A stretch of 64,000 bases of DNA from positions 1,384 to 65,383 of the forward strand of contig CAYFMN010000014.1 of NCBI GenBank assembly GCA_964344185.1, in the 5' to 3' direction. The translations under genes were made by a program, and so were the position numbers. Positions 29,358 to 39,059 of the stretch are shown one piece after another (positions within the stretch are counted from its first letter, which is position 1; each line of letters begins with the position of its first letter). Below the pieces are notes generated by a model. It did no database searches. It had not been told where the DNA came from and saw only the letters and a program-made list of their open reading frames with translations. This DNA comes from an uncultured Nitrospinota bacterium (lineage in GTDB: Bacteria > Nitrospinota > Nitrospinia > Nitrospinales > JAJDAT01).

Positions 29358-31325
29358 CTATTTATGGTCTTTAACCAATTTATTTTTGGTGGATTCGCTA
29401 ATCAAAACCTTTGCCCCATAAGCCTTGGTGGCCCCTTCTAATCTCGAAGCTAAATTAACTCCATCCCCGATAACGGTATAATCCATCCTTTTTTCAGACC
29501 CGATATTTCCAGCTAAAACAGTATCTGTATTGACCCCTACGCCAATATCAATAGCGTCTTTACCCTCTAAAATTCTTTTTGCATTGAACTCTTTTAGGGA
29601 TTTCACCATTCCTATAGCAGCATTTACGGCATTTTCAGGATCTAGCTGGTTCGTAAAAGGAACTCCAAAAACGGCCAGAATCGCGTCCCCAATATATTTA
29701 TCAAGAATTCCTTTGTATTTAAAAATGTACTCCACCATTTCCGTGAAATATTCATTCAACATAGCAACAGTTCCGGCAGGACCCAATTTTTCCGTAAGAG
29801 TCGTAAAACTCCGAATATCAGAAAATAAAACCGAGGCCTCTTGACTCTGCCCGCCAAGCATATCTTCGCCGCCTTCCATTAATTGTTCAGCCACATCTTT
29901 ATCCATATACCTCGCAAGAGTTCCTTTCATCCTTTTTTCAGAGGTAATATCCTCCATCACTAACATAGATCCAATCAATTCCGATTTTGCATTTTTTAAA
30001 GGCACCGCAGTCAGATTTAAAGGCACTGCCCGCCCGTTGTCAAAAATCAATTCAGTGTCCATAACTATGGCGGGAGATCCCATTTGGATAACCCGCTTTA
30101 AGTTATCCAAAACCCATCGATTATTTTGCGCAAAAAATTTCTGAGCTGACTGATTAACTATTTGATCTTCTTTAGTCTCTAAAATTCTTAAAACAGCGGC
30201 GTTGCATTTAATAATTTGATTATTGGCGTCCAAAGTAATAACGCCATTAGTAAGACTCTCAAGAATGCTTTCATTATAGTTTTTGATATCTAAAATTTCT
30301 TCGAACAGTTTTTCCGCTTTCGCTTCAAGCAATAAGTTGTTAACCGAGACTGCAGCCTGAGATCCTAAAGCTTTAATATATTCTTCAGAACTTGCCGAAA
30401 ATGTAACTACTTCTCCCGTATCAGGATCTTTCGAGTTCAGTAACTGAAGTACGCCAACTACTTCATTAGTTCTATTTACCATCGGCACGACCAACATCGA
30501 CTTTGATCTATAGTTAGAAGTCTGATCAAATTTTTTAGGCCCTGTAAAATCAAACAGCTCGGAAGAATAAACATCTGGAATATTAACAACTTCTTTTTTC
30601 AAAGCTGAATAACCTGAGACATTAGACTCCTTAATTTCAACTGGAGGAAACTTTATTTCCTCGCTTGATTTCCCTCCCAAATGAATCTTTAACGTATCGT
30701 TTTGGACTATTTTAAAGGATAGTTTTCCATTTTCGATCAGATATAAGGTGCCTGCATCAGCACGAGTTAATTCGCGGGCGTTAGAAACAATAATTTCCAT
30801 TAAATTTTGAAAGTTTTTTTCCGCCGAAAGAGCGGTGCCTAACTCTGTCATGCGATGAATAATACCCTTCATCTCTTCATTTTTTTCGGTAATATCCTTA
30901 AGCAAATTACGATTTTCATCGACGATTCGTTTTTTCTCTAGGGCCTTGTTAATGGCCAGAACAATTGTCTCCTGTAAATTTTCATCTTTCAAAATATATT
31001 CGCTAGCGCCGCTATTAATAGCGTCTATTGCAATCGCAACTTCGTTATTTCCAGACAAAACAACAACTGGAATTTCAGATTGAATGTCATTACGAAGCGC
31101 CTTAATCAAATCCACTCCACCCATAATCGGCATATTAATATCCGAAACAATCAAATCAAATTTAGAAGCGTCTTGTTTATATTGGTTAAGCGCATCTAAG
31201 CCATTTTCCGCCGTTTCGGCTTTAAAATCTTCGGACTCTAAAATATCGACCAGTATTTCACGTACGAAACTATCGTCGTCCACAATTAATATGTTGGTAG
31301 GATTCATTCTTTCTCCAATTTCCAA
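29358..31325 (-). CDS. response regulator REC-GAF-PAS-class III adenylate/guanylate cyclase, truncated by an in-frame TAG
   Basis: REC domain (ILIVDDDSFVR, SDINMP). GAF and PAS regions. Cyclase motifs VLFSDIRSFT, DKYIGDAILAVFG and IGDGVNLASRLE. It ends at a TAG (29358-29360) inside the catalytic domain. Confidence 0.85.
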   Translation of the reverse strand: MEIGERMNPTNILIVDDDSFVREILVDILESEDFKAETAENGLDALNQYKQDASKFDLIVSDINMPIMGGVDLIKALRNDIQSEIPVVVLSGNNEVAIAIDAINSGASEYILKDENLQETIVLAINKALEKKRIVDENRNLLKDITEKNEEMKGIIHRMTELGTALSAEKNFQNLMEIIVSNARELTRADAGTLYLIENGKLSFKIVQNDTLKIHLGGKSSEEIKFPPVEIKESNVSGYSALKKEVVNIPDVYSSELFDFTGPKKFDQTSNYRSKSMLVVPMVNRTNEVVGVLQLLNSKDPDTGEVVTFSASSEEYIKALGSQAAVSVNNLLLEAKAEKLFEEILDIKNYNESILESLTNGVITLDANNQIIKCNAAVLRILETKEDQIVNQSAQKFFAQNNRWVLDNLKRVIQMGSPAIVMDTELIFDNGRAVPLNLTAVPLKNAKSELIGSMLVMEDITSEKRMKGTLARYMDKDVAEQLMEGGEDMLGGQSQEASVLFSDIRSFTTLTEKLGPAGTVAMLNEYFTEMVEYIFKYKGILDKYIGDAILAVFGVPFTNQLDPENAVNAAIGMVKSLKEFNAKRILEGKDAIDIGVGVNTDTVLAGNIGSEKRMDYTVIGDGVNLASRLEGATKAYGAKVLISESTKNKLVKDHK

Positions 31326-31393
31326 TTCATTTTCTTAATTTTAGCTAAGCTAAAAACATTCGCTCACAACCGAAACTTTGACATATCGATAAA

Positions 31394-33751
31394 TTAATGT
31401 ATCAAATTTTGAACCATCTTTAATAGTTTTGACTGATCAAATCCGCTTTTTACAATAAATGCATTAGCTCCGGCTTGCATTCCTTTTCTTTTATAAAGCT
31501 CTTCATTGCGAGAACTAACTACAATAACCGGCGTGTGCTTATAGGAATCTTCCATTTTCAATTTCTTGATGAAATCAAAGCCGTTCATTCTTGGCATTTC
31601 AATATCGGATATAACTAAATCGAATTGTTTTTCTTGAGCAACTTTATATCCATCTATACCGTCCACTGCAATAGCAACTGCATAACCAAACGACTCTAAA
31701 ATACTTCTTTGGACTTCTCTCGCGCTTTCGGAATCATCAACAACTAATATATTACGCTTTGGCTCTCCAATTAATTTGGTCTCTGGATCTGGAACTAATT
31801 TCTGGGGATTCTCATCTTTGGCTATAAAAAATAATTTGGGAACGTGTAAAGCCAAAACAACTTCGTTTTTACCCGATAACGTAACGCCTGAAACTATTTC
31901 ATTATTTTTCATATGATTAGGTAACGATTTAATTTCCATATCCTCTTCGCTCAAGATTGAATCCACCACTAACCCTAAACAATCGTTTCCCATTTCCACA
32001 AGAACGACATTAATTTCTTCAGATCGATTTTTGCTTTTTTCAGGCAAATCTAAAGCAAAATCTAAATTTACAATAGGAATAATCTCGTCTCTCAGAGAAA
32101 TAGCCCTTTTGTCGACGACCGTGATAATTTGACTTTTATTAGCTTTAACTATTTCTTTAACAGAATTTAATGGGAGCGCAAATTTATACTTTGAAACGGA
32201 AATCAATAAAACACGCATCACGGCAAGCGTTAACGGTAATCTTATAAAAAAACAAGTCCCCTTTCCTTCAACTGTTTCAACTTGAATCGATCCTTTTAGA
32301 TTCATAACAATGTTTTCCCGAACAACGTCCATTCCAACTCCGCGCCCGGAAACATCAGTAATCGAAGCGCTTGTGCTAAACCCTGGTCTGAAAATTAAAT
32401 TCACAATTTCATTTTCGGTCATATTATTCAGGGTTTCTTCTCCGAATAAATTTTTTGCCTTGGCTTTTTCTTTAATTTTATTAATCGGAATCCCACGACC
32501 ATCGTCGCGTAATTCAATTAAGACATTACCTCCTTCATAAGAAGCTTTTAACCTAATGGTTCCCGCTTCCGGTTTGCCGCTTCTGATTCTGTCCTCAGGG
32601 GCTTCGATGCCATGATCAACGCTGTTTCGGATCATATGTAACAAAGGATCTCCAATTTTCTCGATAATTTTTTTATCTAATTCGGTTTCTCCCCCTTCGA
32701 CTAAAAAATTTACCTCTTTTCCGCATGTAGAGGAAATGTCACGAACCATTCTGGGAAACGCATCCAAAACAGTAGACAAAGGCAACATTCTCATTTTCAA
32801 AACCTTTTCACGTAATTGATCAGTCAATAAGGTTTGAAAATTTAGAACGTCTTTGGTCCAAACTGAAAGTTGCCTTAACTTTCCATAAATACCTTGAAAT
32901 TGTTCGAAAAGTTCTCGACTATCCTCTGGGCTTAATTTTCCATCCTCATAAGTAAACCCTGAAAAAGTTTCCAAATATTTTTTCGATATTTTTCCAATCT
33001 CATTTATATCAACCCAGTTCTGCTTTAAGCGAATATGGTTAGAAACAATTTCTCCCATCAAATTAACCGTCTCATCAAGTTTTTCTGTTTTGACTCTGAC
33101 TGTTTCAGAAGTTCGGGGTTTTTTTAAGGGCTTTTGAACCTGCGGCTTTGGAGATGGCGAAGGAGGCGAAACCTCTTTAGGTTGCGACAAACCTGATGGG
33201 GAAGATTCTTGTTTTAAAGAAACTTGTTCTGATTCTTTTTTTATTTGGGAAATTTGTTTTTCTTCAACAGATTCAACTTTTTCTTCTGTAGGGAGGTCTT
33301 CTTCGCTTTCAACTTTTTCAACTAATTTTTCTGAAGAAACTGGAGCGGCAGTGTCCGCTTCTAATTCACCTAAGGCGGCCTTTTCTAAACGCTCACAAAT
33401 CTCTGTTGTATCATCTTCAACTTCTTCTCCCTCTTGAACTCTCTGGACAAATTCTGAAATTAAATCCACGGCTTTAAAAAGCAAATTAAACAAAACTTTG
33501 CTTTGATTAATTTTTCCGTCTCTTAGAGCAGAGAGAGCATCTTCTAGTTTATGCGCAACCACGCTTATTGAAATTAATCCCAAAATCCTAGAAGAGCCTT
33601 TAATTGTATGTGCGGATCTAAAGATCTCACTTACGGTCTCTTGATCTCCTGGACTAGATTCTAAACTAACCAAACCATCGTTCAGCTTGTCTATGTGGTC
33701 GTTGGCTTCATCGACGAATTTATTTATGAATTTTTTCTTATCAAAGCCCAT
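31394..33751 (-). CDS. cheA: chemotaxis histidine kinase CheA with C-terminal receiver domain
   Basis: Hpt domain (SAHTIKGSSRILG). Kinase N box (HMIRNSVDHGIE), G1 (DDGRGI) and G2 (GRGVGMD). CheW-like P5 domain. C-terminal REC (VVDDSESAR, SDIEMP). Confidence 0.92.
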   Translation of the reverse strand: MGFDKKKFINKFVDEANDHIDKLNDGLVSLESSPGDQETVSEIFRSAHTIKGSSRILGLISISVVAHKLEDALSALRDGKINQSKVLFNLLFKAVDLISEFVQRVQEGEEVEDDTTEICERLEKAALGELEADTAAPVSSEKLVEKVESEEDLPTEEKVESVEEKQISQIKKESEQVSLKQESSPSGLSQPKEVSPPSPSPKPQVQKPLKKPRTSETVRVKTEKLDETVNLMGEIVSNHIRLKQNWVDINEIGKISKKYLETFSGFTYEDGKLSPEDSRELFEQFQGIYGKLRQLSVWTKDVLNFQTLLTDQLREKVLKMRMLPLSTVLDAFPRMVRDISSTCGKEVNFLVEGGETELDKKIIEKIGDPLLHMIRNSVDHGIEAPEDRIRSGKPEAGTIRLKASYEGGNVLIELRDDGRGIPINKIKEKAKAKNLFGEETLNNMTENEIVNLIFRPGFSTSASITDVSGRGVGMDVVRENIVMNLKGSIQVETVEGKGTCFFIRLPLTLAVMRVLLISVSKYKFALPLNSVKEIVKANKSQIITVVDKRAISLRDEIIPIVNLDFALDLPEKSKNRSEEINVVLVEMGNDCLGLVVDSILSEEDMEIKSLPNHMKNNEIVSGVTLSGKNEVVLALHVPKLFFIAKDENPQKLVPDPETKLIGEPKRNILVVDDSESAREVQRSILESFGYAVAIAVDGIDGYKVAQEKQFDLVISDIEMPRMNGFDFIKKLKMEDSYKHTPVIVVSSRNEELYKRKGMQAGANAFIVKSGFDQSKLLKMVQNLIH

Positions 33752-33767
33752 AGTCTTACTATAAAAT

Positions 33768-35258
33768 TTAGCGTTTTTGTAATTCGCTTAATTTGCGCTC
33801 ACAGTGATGAACTAATTGCTCCTGATTAAATGAAAGAGGAAAGAGCATCAAGCCGCAATCAGAATTACCCAACTCCAATAATAACTTCCGCGATATGGCA
33901 TACTCTCTTTTTGCATCTCTAAAATTCTTTGTTTCTATAAATATTTCAGCAAGATAAAAATGGGACAACCAACAAGTTGATTCAATGTATATAGCTCCCT
34001 TAAAACGTTTAACCGCTTCTGGAATATCTTTTTTCAAACGAGAAATAATTCCTAAGAGCAAATATGCTTGGCGATTCCATTCCTCGATTTCCAAAACGCT
34101 TAAACAATCGCTAAAAGCTTGATCTAACCTTTCCAAACTAACTAAAATATTAGCTCGTAATAAATAATCGTTAGCGTTAGGGATCTGTTTTGAAAAAATA
34201 TTTTCAACAATATTTAATGCCTTTTTCCTTTGTCCACTCTTAGCTAAACTCAAGGCTTCCTGAAAAAAATTTTCATAAGAATCTTCCTTAGTTTCTTTTT
34301 TTATTGGAACTTTTTTCTCAATTTTCTTTTCTTGACTTACAGGAGATACCCCTGAAGTCTTCTTTTGAGCATACGAGTTTTTATTAACTCTCTCAAGTTT
34401 CTCAGGTTTTACGTTATTCTTTTCAAAAATTCCGCTTTCATTACTAAATAAATAATGGTCGTTAATTTCTTTCAATGGCAGAATGCCAGAGTTGTGATGG
34501 CTTGTTTCAACAATTCCCGTAAATAAATATCCTGGTTTTTTTAAAGCTTTTGCTAGCTTATTAAATATTTCTTTTCTAATTTCCATCACAAAATAAATCG
34601 AAACATTGCGATAGAAAATCACGTTCCACTTTGAATCCAATGAAAAATTTGATTCTGCAAGATTAATATTGGTAAAAGTTGCAGAATTAATGAAGCTATC
34701 GTTAATTTTATAAAGTTCTCCTTGTTCCGTGAAAAAAGCGTCAATAAAGTAAGCGTCGACATTTCTAAAGGAGTTTTTAAAATAAAGCCCTTTTCTGGCC
34801 TTTTTCAAAATTTCAGAATCTATATCAACACCTTCGGCATGTATCGTTCTTAATATTTCTTTACCAAATTTTAAGGTTAAAGCAATTAAAGCAGAATATA
34901 ATTCTTCCCCAGAAGAGCATCCCGCGCTTAATATTTTAAACTTTTCGGCGCCTTTCTTATTTTTTATAAACTCTGGGAATAAATGATCGGCCAAAATATT
35001 AAAATGACCCTGCTCTCGCATAAAATAGGTTTCATTTACCGTCAGCAAACTAACTAATTTTGCAAACTCAGCATTATCCCTTTCGATCAGAAAAAAATAA
35101 TCAGCTGGTTTATTTATATGATTCGCCTCCATACGGTGAGTTATCGCCGTAGGTAATTGACTCAATGTATCTTCTTTATATCCTGTAGAAACCCTATCAA
35201 ATATAAGCTGTCTAAAAGGCAAAACGTCTATTGCTTGATTGGTTGCGTCAATAGTCAT
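33768..35258 (-). CDS. cheR: chemotaxis methyltransferase CheR fused to C-terminal TPR repeats
   Basis: SAM-MTase core (ILSAGCSSGEELYS, IFYRNVSIYF) followed by about 170 aa of TPR-like repeats. Confidence 0.88.
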   Translation of the reverse strand: MTIDATNQAIDVLPFRQLIFDRVSTGYKEDTLSQLPTAITHRMEANHINKPADYFFLIERDNAEFAKLVSLLTVNETYFMREQGHFNILADHLFPEFIKNKKGAEKFKILSAGCSSGEELYSALIALTLKFGKEILRTIHAEGVDIDSEILKKARKGLYFKNSFRNVDAYFIDAFFTEQGELYKINDSFINSATFTNINLAESNFSLDSKWNVIFYRNVSIYFVMEIRKEIFNKLAKALKKPGYLFTGIVETSHHNSGILPLKEINDHYLFSNESGIFEKNNVKPEKLERVNKNSYAQKKTSGVSPVSQEKKIEKKVPIKKETKEDSYENFFQEALSLAKSGQRKKALNIVENIFSKQIPNANDYLLRANILVSLERLDQAFSDCLSVLEIEEWNRQAYLLLGIISRLKKDIPEAVKRFKGAIYIESTCWLSHFYLAEIFIETKNFRDAKREYAISRKLLLELGNSDCGLMLFPLSFNQEQLVHHCERKLSELQKR

Positions 35259-35261
35259 TAA

Positions 35262-36287
35262 CTATCTCTTAGCTATTTGATTGAGATACATAGCGATTTC
35301 ATTTAACGGTAAAACCTTTTCGATCGCTCCAGCATTTATTGCCCGTGAGTTCATACCAAATACAACGCTACTTTCTTTATCTTGGGCAATAGTCGTTCCA
35401 CCGCTAGATTTGATTTTTTCGATCCCTGCTACTCCGTCATCCGCCATTCCAGATAATATTAAACCAACGCTTTTTTCTCGAAACGAATAGGCCAAAGACG
35501 CTAATAAAATATCGCACGACGGCCTAAAAGAATTCGTCTCATTAGGTACAAGAAAGCTTATTTTACCGTCCGCTTCAATTTGCATATTAGATTCTGGAGG
35601 GCAAATATATACTTTTCCAGATGCCAAATAATCGCCTTCTTTCGCTTCTAAAACGGGATTAGTTGAAAGATCGTTTAACCAAGCGGCAAACCCAGCCCCA
35701 AAACCGTTTTCCATGTGCTGAGCTACTACTATTGGAAAAGGATATTTGGGACTTAATTCTGATAAGATAACTGAAAGAGCTTTTGGCCCTCCTGTAGAAC
35801 AAGCTATAGCGACGACTTTTTCAAATCTCGATATGGCTGTCGGAGATCCATTAAATTCTTGAGCTATGATTTTACTTTTTCTCTTTTTAAAGCGGCGAAT
35901 AACCTTGATTTTGGACAATAGCTTAACTTTATGGATTAAAACTTCCGCCCTAGCGGCGTCTAATTTACTTTTAGGAAACACCTCTAAAGCGCCTCTGGAA
36001 CAGGCGTCAAAAGCGGTTTTAGCGTCTTCTGAGCTAGAAACGACTAAAATAGGAACCGGTTCGCTGCCCATTATTTCCTCGATAGCTTCCAAACCATTCA
36101 TTATTGGCATATTAATATCAAGAGTAATAATATCCGGTTTATATTTTGCGGCTTTATGAACTCCTTCTTGTCCATTCCCGGCAACTCCAACTATCTCAAT
36201 TTCTGGATCGGAAGAAAGTATATCCTTCAAAATTTCCTGAACCATTGGGCTATCTTCTACTATCAAAACTTTTAAACTAGACATCAA
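35262..36287 (-). CDS. cheB: chemotaxis response regulator protein-glutamate methylesterase CheB
   Basis: REC domain (LIVEDSP, LDINMP) plus methylesterase domain (ACSTGGPKAL, QHMENGF, GMADDG). Confidence 0.92.
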   Translation of the reverse strand: MMSSLKVLIVEDSPMVQEILKDILSSDPEIEIVGVAGNGQEGVHKAAKYKPDIITLDINMPIMNGLEAIEEIMGSEPVPILVVSSSEDAKTAFDACSRGALEVFPKSKLDAARAEVLIHKVKLLSKIKVIRRFKKRKSKIIAQEFNGSPTAISRFEKVVAIACSTGGPKALSVILSELSPKYPFPIVVAQHMENGFGAGFAAWLNDLSTNPVLEAKEGDYLASGKVYICPPESNMQIEADGKISFLVPNETNSFRPSCDILLASLAYSFREKSVGLILSGMADDGVAGIEKIKSSGGTTIAQDKESSVVFGMNSRAINAGAIEKVLPLNEIAMYLNQIAKR

Positions 36288-36667
36288 TCCTCTAATTTAT
36301 TGACGGAAATACGCGCATAAAGTTAGCTCCAGCGTTTTTATCGAAAATTAACCTCGATCTTTTCCATTAATATTTCTTTATTTTATGAAAATAACAGATA
36401 AAACCTTGAAATACCATTAATTTTGAATCCTTATGTTAATGTTTAAAATTCAATTTTTATTAATTTAAATAAGGTTAAAAATTGAGCCATAATTCCCTTG
36501 CCATTTAGCATTTCGAAAGCTATAACTTGAATGAGATGTCTTGCGTCGTCTCAATTTTAAATCTTTATTTTTTGCGACTAATAAGGAAGGTTGCAAACAA
36601 TCCCAAAAACAATAGTTTTAAAACTTCCTTAATTGTAAGAACATCAAAGTCCTTTTCAGTTTTTCAA

Positions 36668-37243
36668 GTGGAAACCATTCGGGTTTTTATCGCTGTTAGT
36701 TTCAACCCAAAATTGACAAATAAATTAAGAAACCTACAAGGTATATTTAAGCGACTTAGTTTAAATGCCTCTTGGGTTAAACCTGAAAATATTCATCTAA
36801 CCCTCAAGTTTCTAGGCGATATCGAAACAAATCGCATTTCGCAAATTTTTGATCCTATGGTAAAAACAGCGTCGAAATTCGCTTGCTTCAATACAAAACT
36901 TTCCAATTTAGGAGTTTTCCCAAATTGGAATCGGCCTAGAGTTTTTTGGATAGGATTAGATGATAAGGAAGAAATTTTTAAAAAACTTAAAGAGCAATTA
37001 GAATTAGAATTATTTAACGTTGGGTTTCCAAGAGATAAAAAACCATTTTCTCCTCATCTCACATTAGCAAGACTCAGGTCTCCCGATAACAAAAATCAAT
37101 TAAAAAAAGAAATTGAAAAGTTTGACATTCCAAGCGATTACTCAATTAAAATTTCAGATATCAAACTTTACAAAAGCTTGTTAACTCCAAAAGGCGCAGA
37201 ATACACTAAACTTTTTGATTGCTCATTAAAACACTTAACTTGA
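36668..37243 (+). CDS. thpR: RNA 2',3'-cyclic phosphodiesterase / 2'-5' RNA ligase family (ThpR/LigT)
   Basis: Two HxT motifs ([17 protein letters not shown]). The track ORF begins at 36527, but family members start near the (M/V)..IRVFIAV segment, so GTG 36668 is preferred. The start is uncertain. Confidence 0.8.
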   Translation: METIRVFIAVSFNPKLTNKLRNLQGIFKRLSLNASWVKPENIHLTLKFLGDIETNRISQIFDPMVKTASKFACFNTKLSNLGVFPNWNRPRVFWIGLDDKEEIFKKLKEQLELELFNVGFPRDKKPFSPHLTLARLRSPDNKNQLKKEIEKFDIPSDYSIKISDIKLYKSLLTPKGAEYTKLFDCSLKHLT

Positions 37244-37277
37244 ATTCGCATTACAGCGTGTAAATAGGAGGTTAAAG

Positions 37278-38363
37278 GTGGCGGCGGACGATAATAAAAG
37301 CAAAGCTTTGGAAATGGCATTTATGCAAATTGAAAAGCAATTCGGCAAAGGTTCCATAATGAAATTAGGAAAAGCTGAAGCGCAAAAAGGAATCGCAACG
37401 ATTTCCACGGGATCCATTTCCTTAGATTCTGCATTAGGCGTTGGCGGAGTTCCAAAAGGAAGAATTACCGAAATTTTTGGTCCAGAATCTTCTGGGAAAA
37501 CCAGTCTTACGCTTCATATAATTGCCGAAGCGCAAAAAGCGGGGGGGGTTGCCGCTTTTATAGACGCTGAACACGCTCTAGATCCAAATTATGCTCAAAA
37601 ACTGGGAGTTAATTTGGATGATTTACTATTATCCCAACCAGACACAGGTGAACAAACTCTTGAAATAGCCGAAGTTTTAGTCAGAAGCGGAGCAGTCGAC
37701 GTAGTAGTAGTAGATTCCGTTGCCGCGTTAGTGCCAAAAGCCGAACTTGATGGCGATATGGGAGATTCCCATATGGGATTACAAGCTCGATTAATGTCCC
37801 AAGCCATGCGAAAACTAACGGGTGTTGTTAATAAATCTCACGCCTCTCTTATTTTTATTAATCAGATACGAATGAAAATTGGTGTCATGTTTGGGAACCC
37901 TGAAACCACTACCGGTGGAAACGCTCTAAAGTTTTATAGTTCCGTCAGGTTAGATATCCGTCGGATTGCGGCATTAAAAGATGGAGATAATGTTATTGGT
38001 AACCGAACTAGAGTAAAAGTAGTAAAAAACAAAGTCGCCCCTCCCTTTAGAGATTGCGAATTTGACATACTTTATGGACAAGGCATTTCAAAAGAAGGGG
38101 ATATTTTAGACCTTGGCGTAACTCATGGTTTAATTAAAAAAAGCGGTACCTGGTACTCATATAATGAAACACGAATAGGCCAGGGAAGAGAAAACGCTAA
38201 AAATTTTCTTAAAGAAAACAAAGATATTTTAAACGAGGTAGAAACAACAATTCGTCAAAAATTAAATATTTCATCGCGTAACGGTTCTGGAGACAGCGGC
38301 TCGCCAGAAAAGGAACCATCAGAAACATCAGGGGCAAAGAAAAAAGGTAAAAAAGAAAGTTAA
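37278..38363 (+). CDS. recA: recombinase RecA
   Basis: Walker [10 protein letters not shown]. Full-length RecA similarity ([39 protein letters not shown]). GTG start preceded by AGGAGG. Confidence 0.98.
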   Translation: MAADDNKSKALEMAFMQIEKQFGKGSIMKLGKAEAQKGIATISTGSISLDSALGVGGVPKGRITEIFGPESSGKTSLTLHIIAEAQKAGGVAAFIDAEHALDPNYAQKLGVNLDDLLLSQPDTGEQTLEIAEVLVRSGAVDVVVVDSVAALVPKAELDGDMGDSHMGLQARLMSQAMRKLTGVVNKSHASLIFINQIRMKIGVMFGNPETTTGGNALKFYSSVRLDIRRIAALKDGDNVIGNRTRVKVVKNKVAPPFRDCEFDILYGQGISKEGDILDLGVTHGLIKKSGTWYSYNETRIGQGRENAKNFLKENKDILNEVETTIRQKLNISSRNGSGDSGSPEKEPSETSGAKKKGKKES

Positions 38364-38435
38364 ATCAAATTTTAATTGTTCTTGAAAAGAGATATACCTT
38401 TGGCTATCGAAATCAAATCCAATTTTTGATATCAA

Positions 38436-38927
38436 ATGAGGAACAGTTCAGATTTCAATAAAAGTAAAAACCTGGCTTTGAAATATCTTGCTAGAAAAGC
38501 GCGATCTGAAAAGGAAATAATAAACTATCTAATTCAAAAAGGATTTGATCAAACTAGCATAGAGGATACTTTAAGATATCTTGTAAACTTCGATTATATA
38601 AACGATAAAAAACTAGCGTTAAGTTACGCTGAATATCGCAAAAACTTTAAAAAAGAAGGAAAGTTAAGAATTGAGAGAGAATTAACCCTCAGAGGATTGT
38701 CGATTAAAAACACCTCATATGCGTTAGCAACTTTATTTCAAGAAAAAGAAGAACAGGATCAGGCCCAGTCTTTTGCCGAAAAATTACTAAATCAAACTAG
38801 TATTCAGGAACCAGAAAAATTAAAACGGAAACTAATAAACAAACTAAAGCGAAAAGGATATTGCGACAATATTGTTTTGTCCGTCTTAAAAAATTTATCT
38901 AACCTGACGCAGTATCCGAAATGCTAA
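38436..38927 (+). CDS. recX: recombination regulator RecX
   Basis: Lies downstream of recA. RecX pattern ALKYLARKARSEKEIINYLIQKGF with three-helix repeats. Confidence 0.85.
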   Translation: MRNSSDFNKSKNLALKYLARKARSEKEIINYLIQKGFDQTSIEDTLRYLVNFDYINDKKLALSYAEYRKNFKKEGKLRIERELTLRGLSIKNTSYALATLFQEKEEQDQAQSFAEKLLNQTSIQEPEKLKRKLINKLKRKGYCDNIVLSVLKNLSNLTQYPKC

Positions 38928-39059
38928 ACTCCAAAACTTAAGTCTCTAAACTTTTACTCAGGGTAATCTTTATAAAAATTTCACCTTTGATGTTTCTAAT
39001 GAAACCCATCAATAACTGGATTGAAACTATCAATCTAAAAAAAACTTTCGCTACGTAAA

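Noticed and set aside
29358-29360. TAG in the cyclase gene as pyrrolysine or a reassigned sense codon
   Set aside because: TAG terminates other well-delimited genes in the window (for example 54548-54550 and 52307-52309). No pyl genes are visible, and Pyl use is essentially confined to methylamine methyltransferases. A nonsense mutation, sequencing error or leaky read-through is more parsimonious.
36527-36667. N-terminal 47 codons of the thpR ORF as given in the track
   Set aside because: 2H-phosphoesterase family proteins start right at the (M/V)xxIRxFIA strand, and the extension is low-complexity sequence lying in the AT-rich divergent promoter region.
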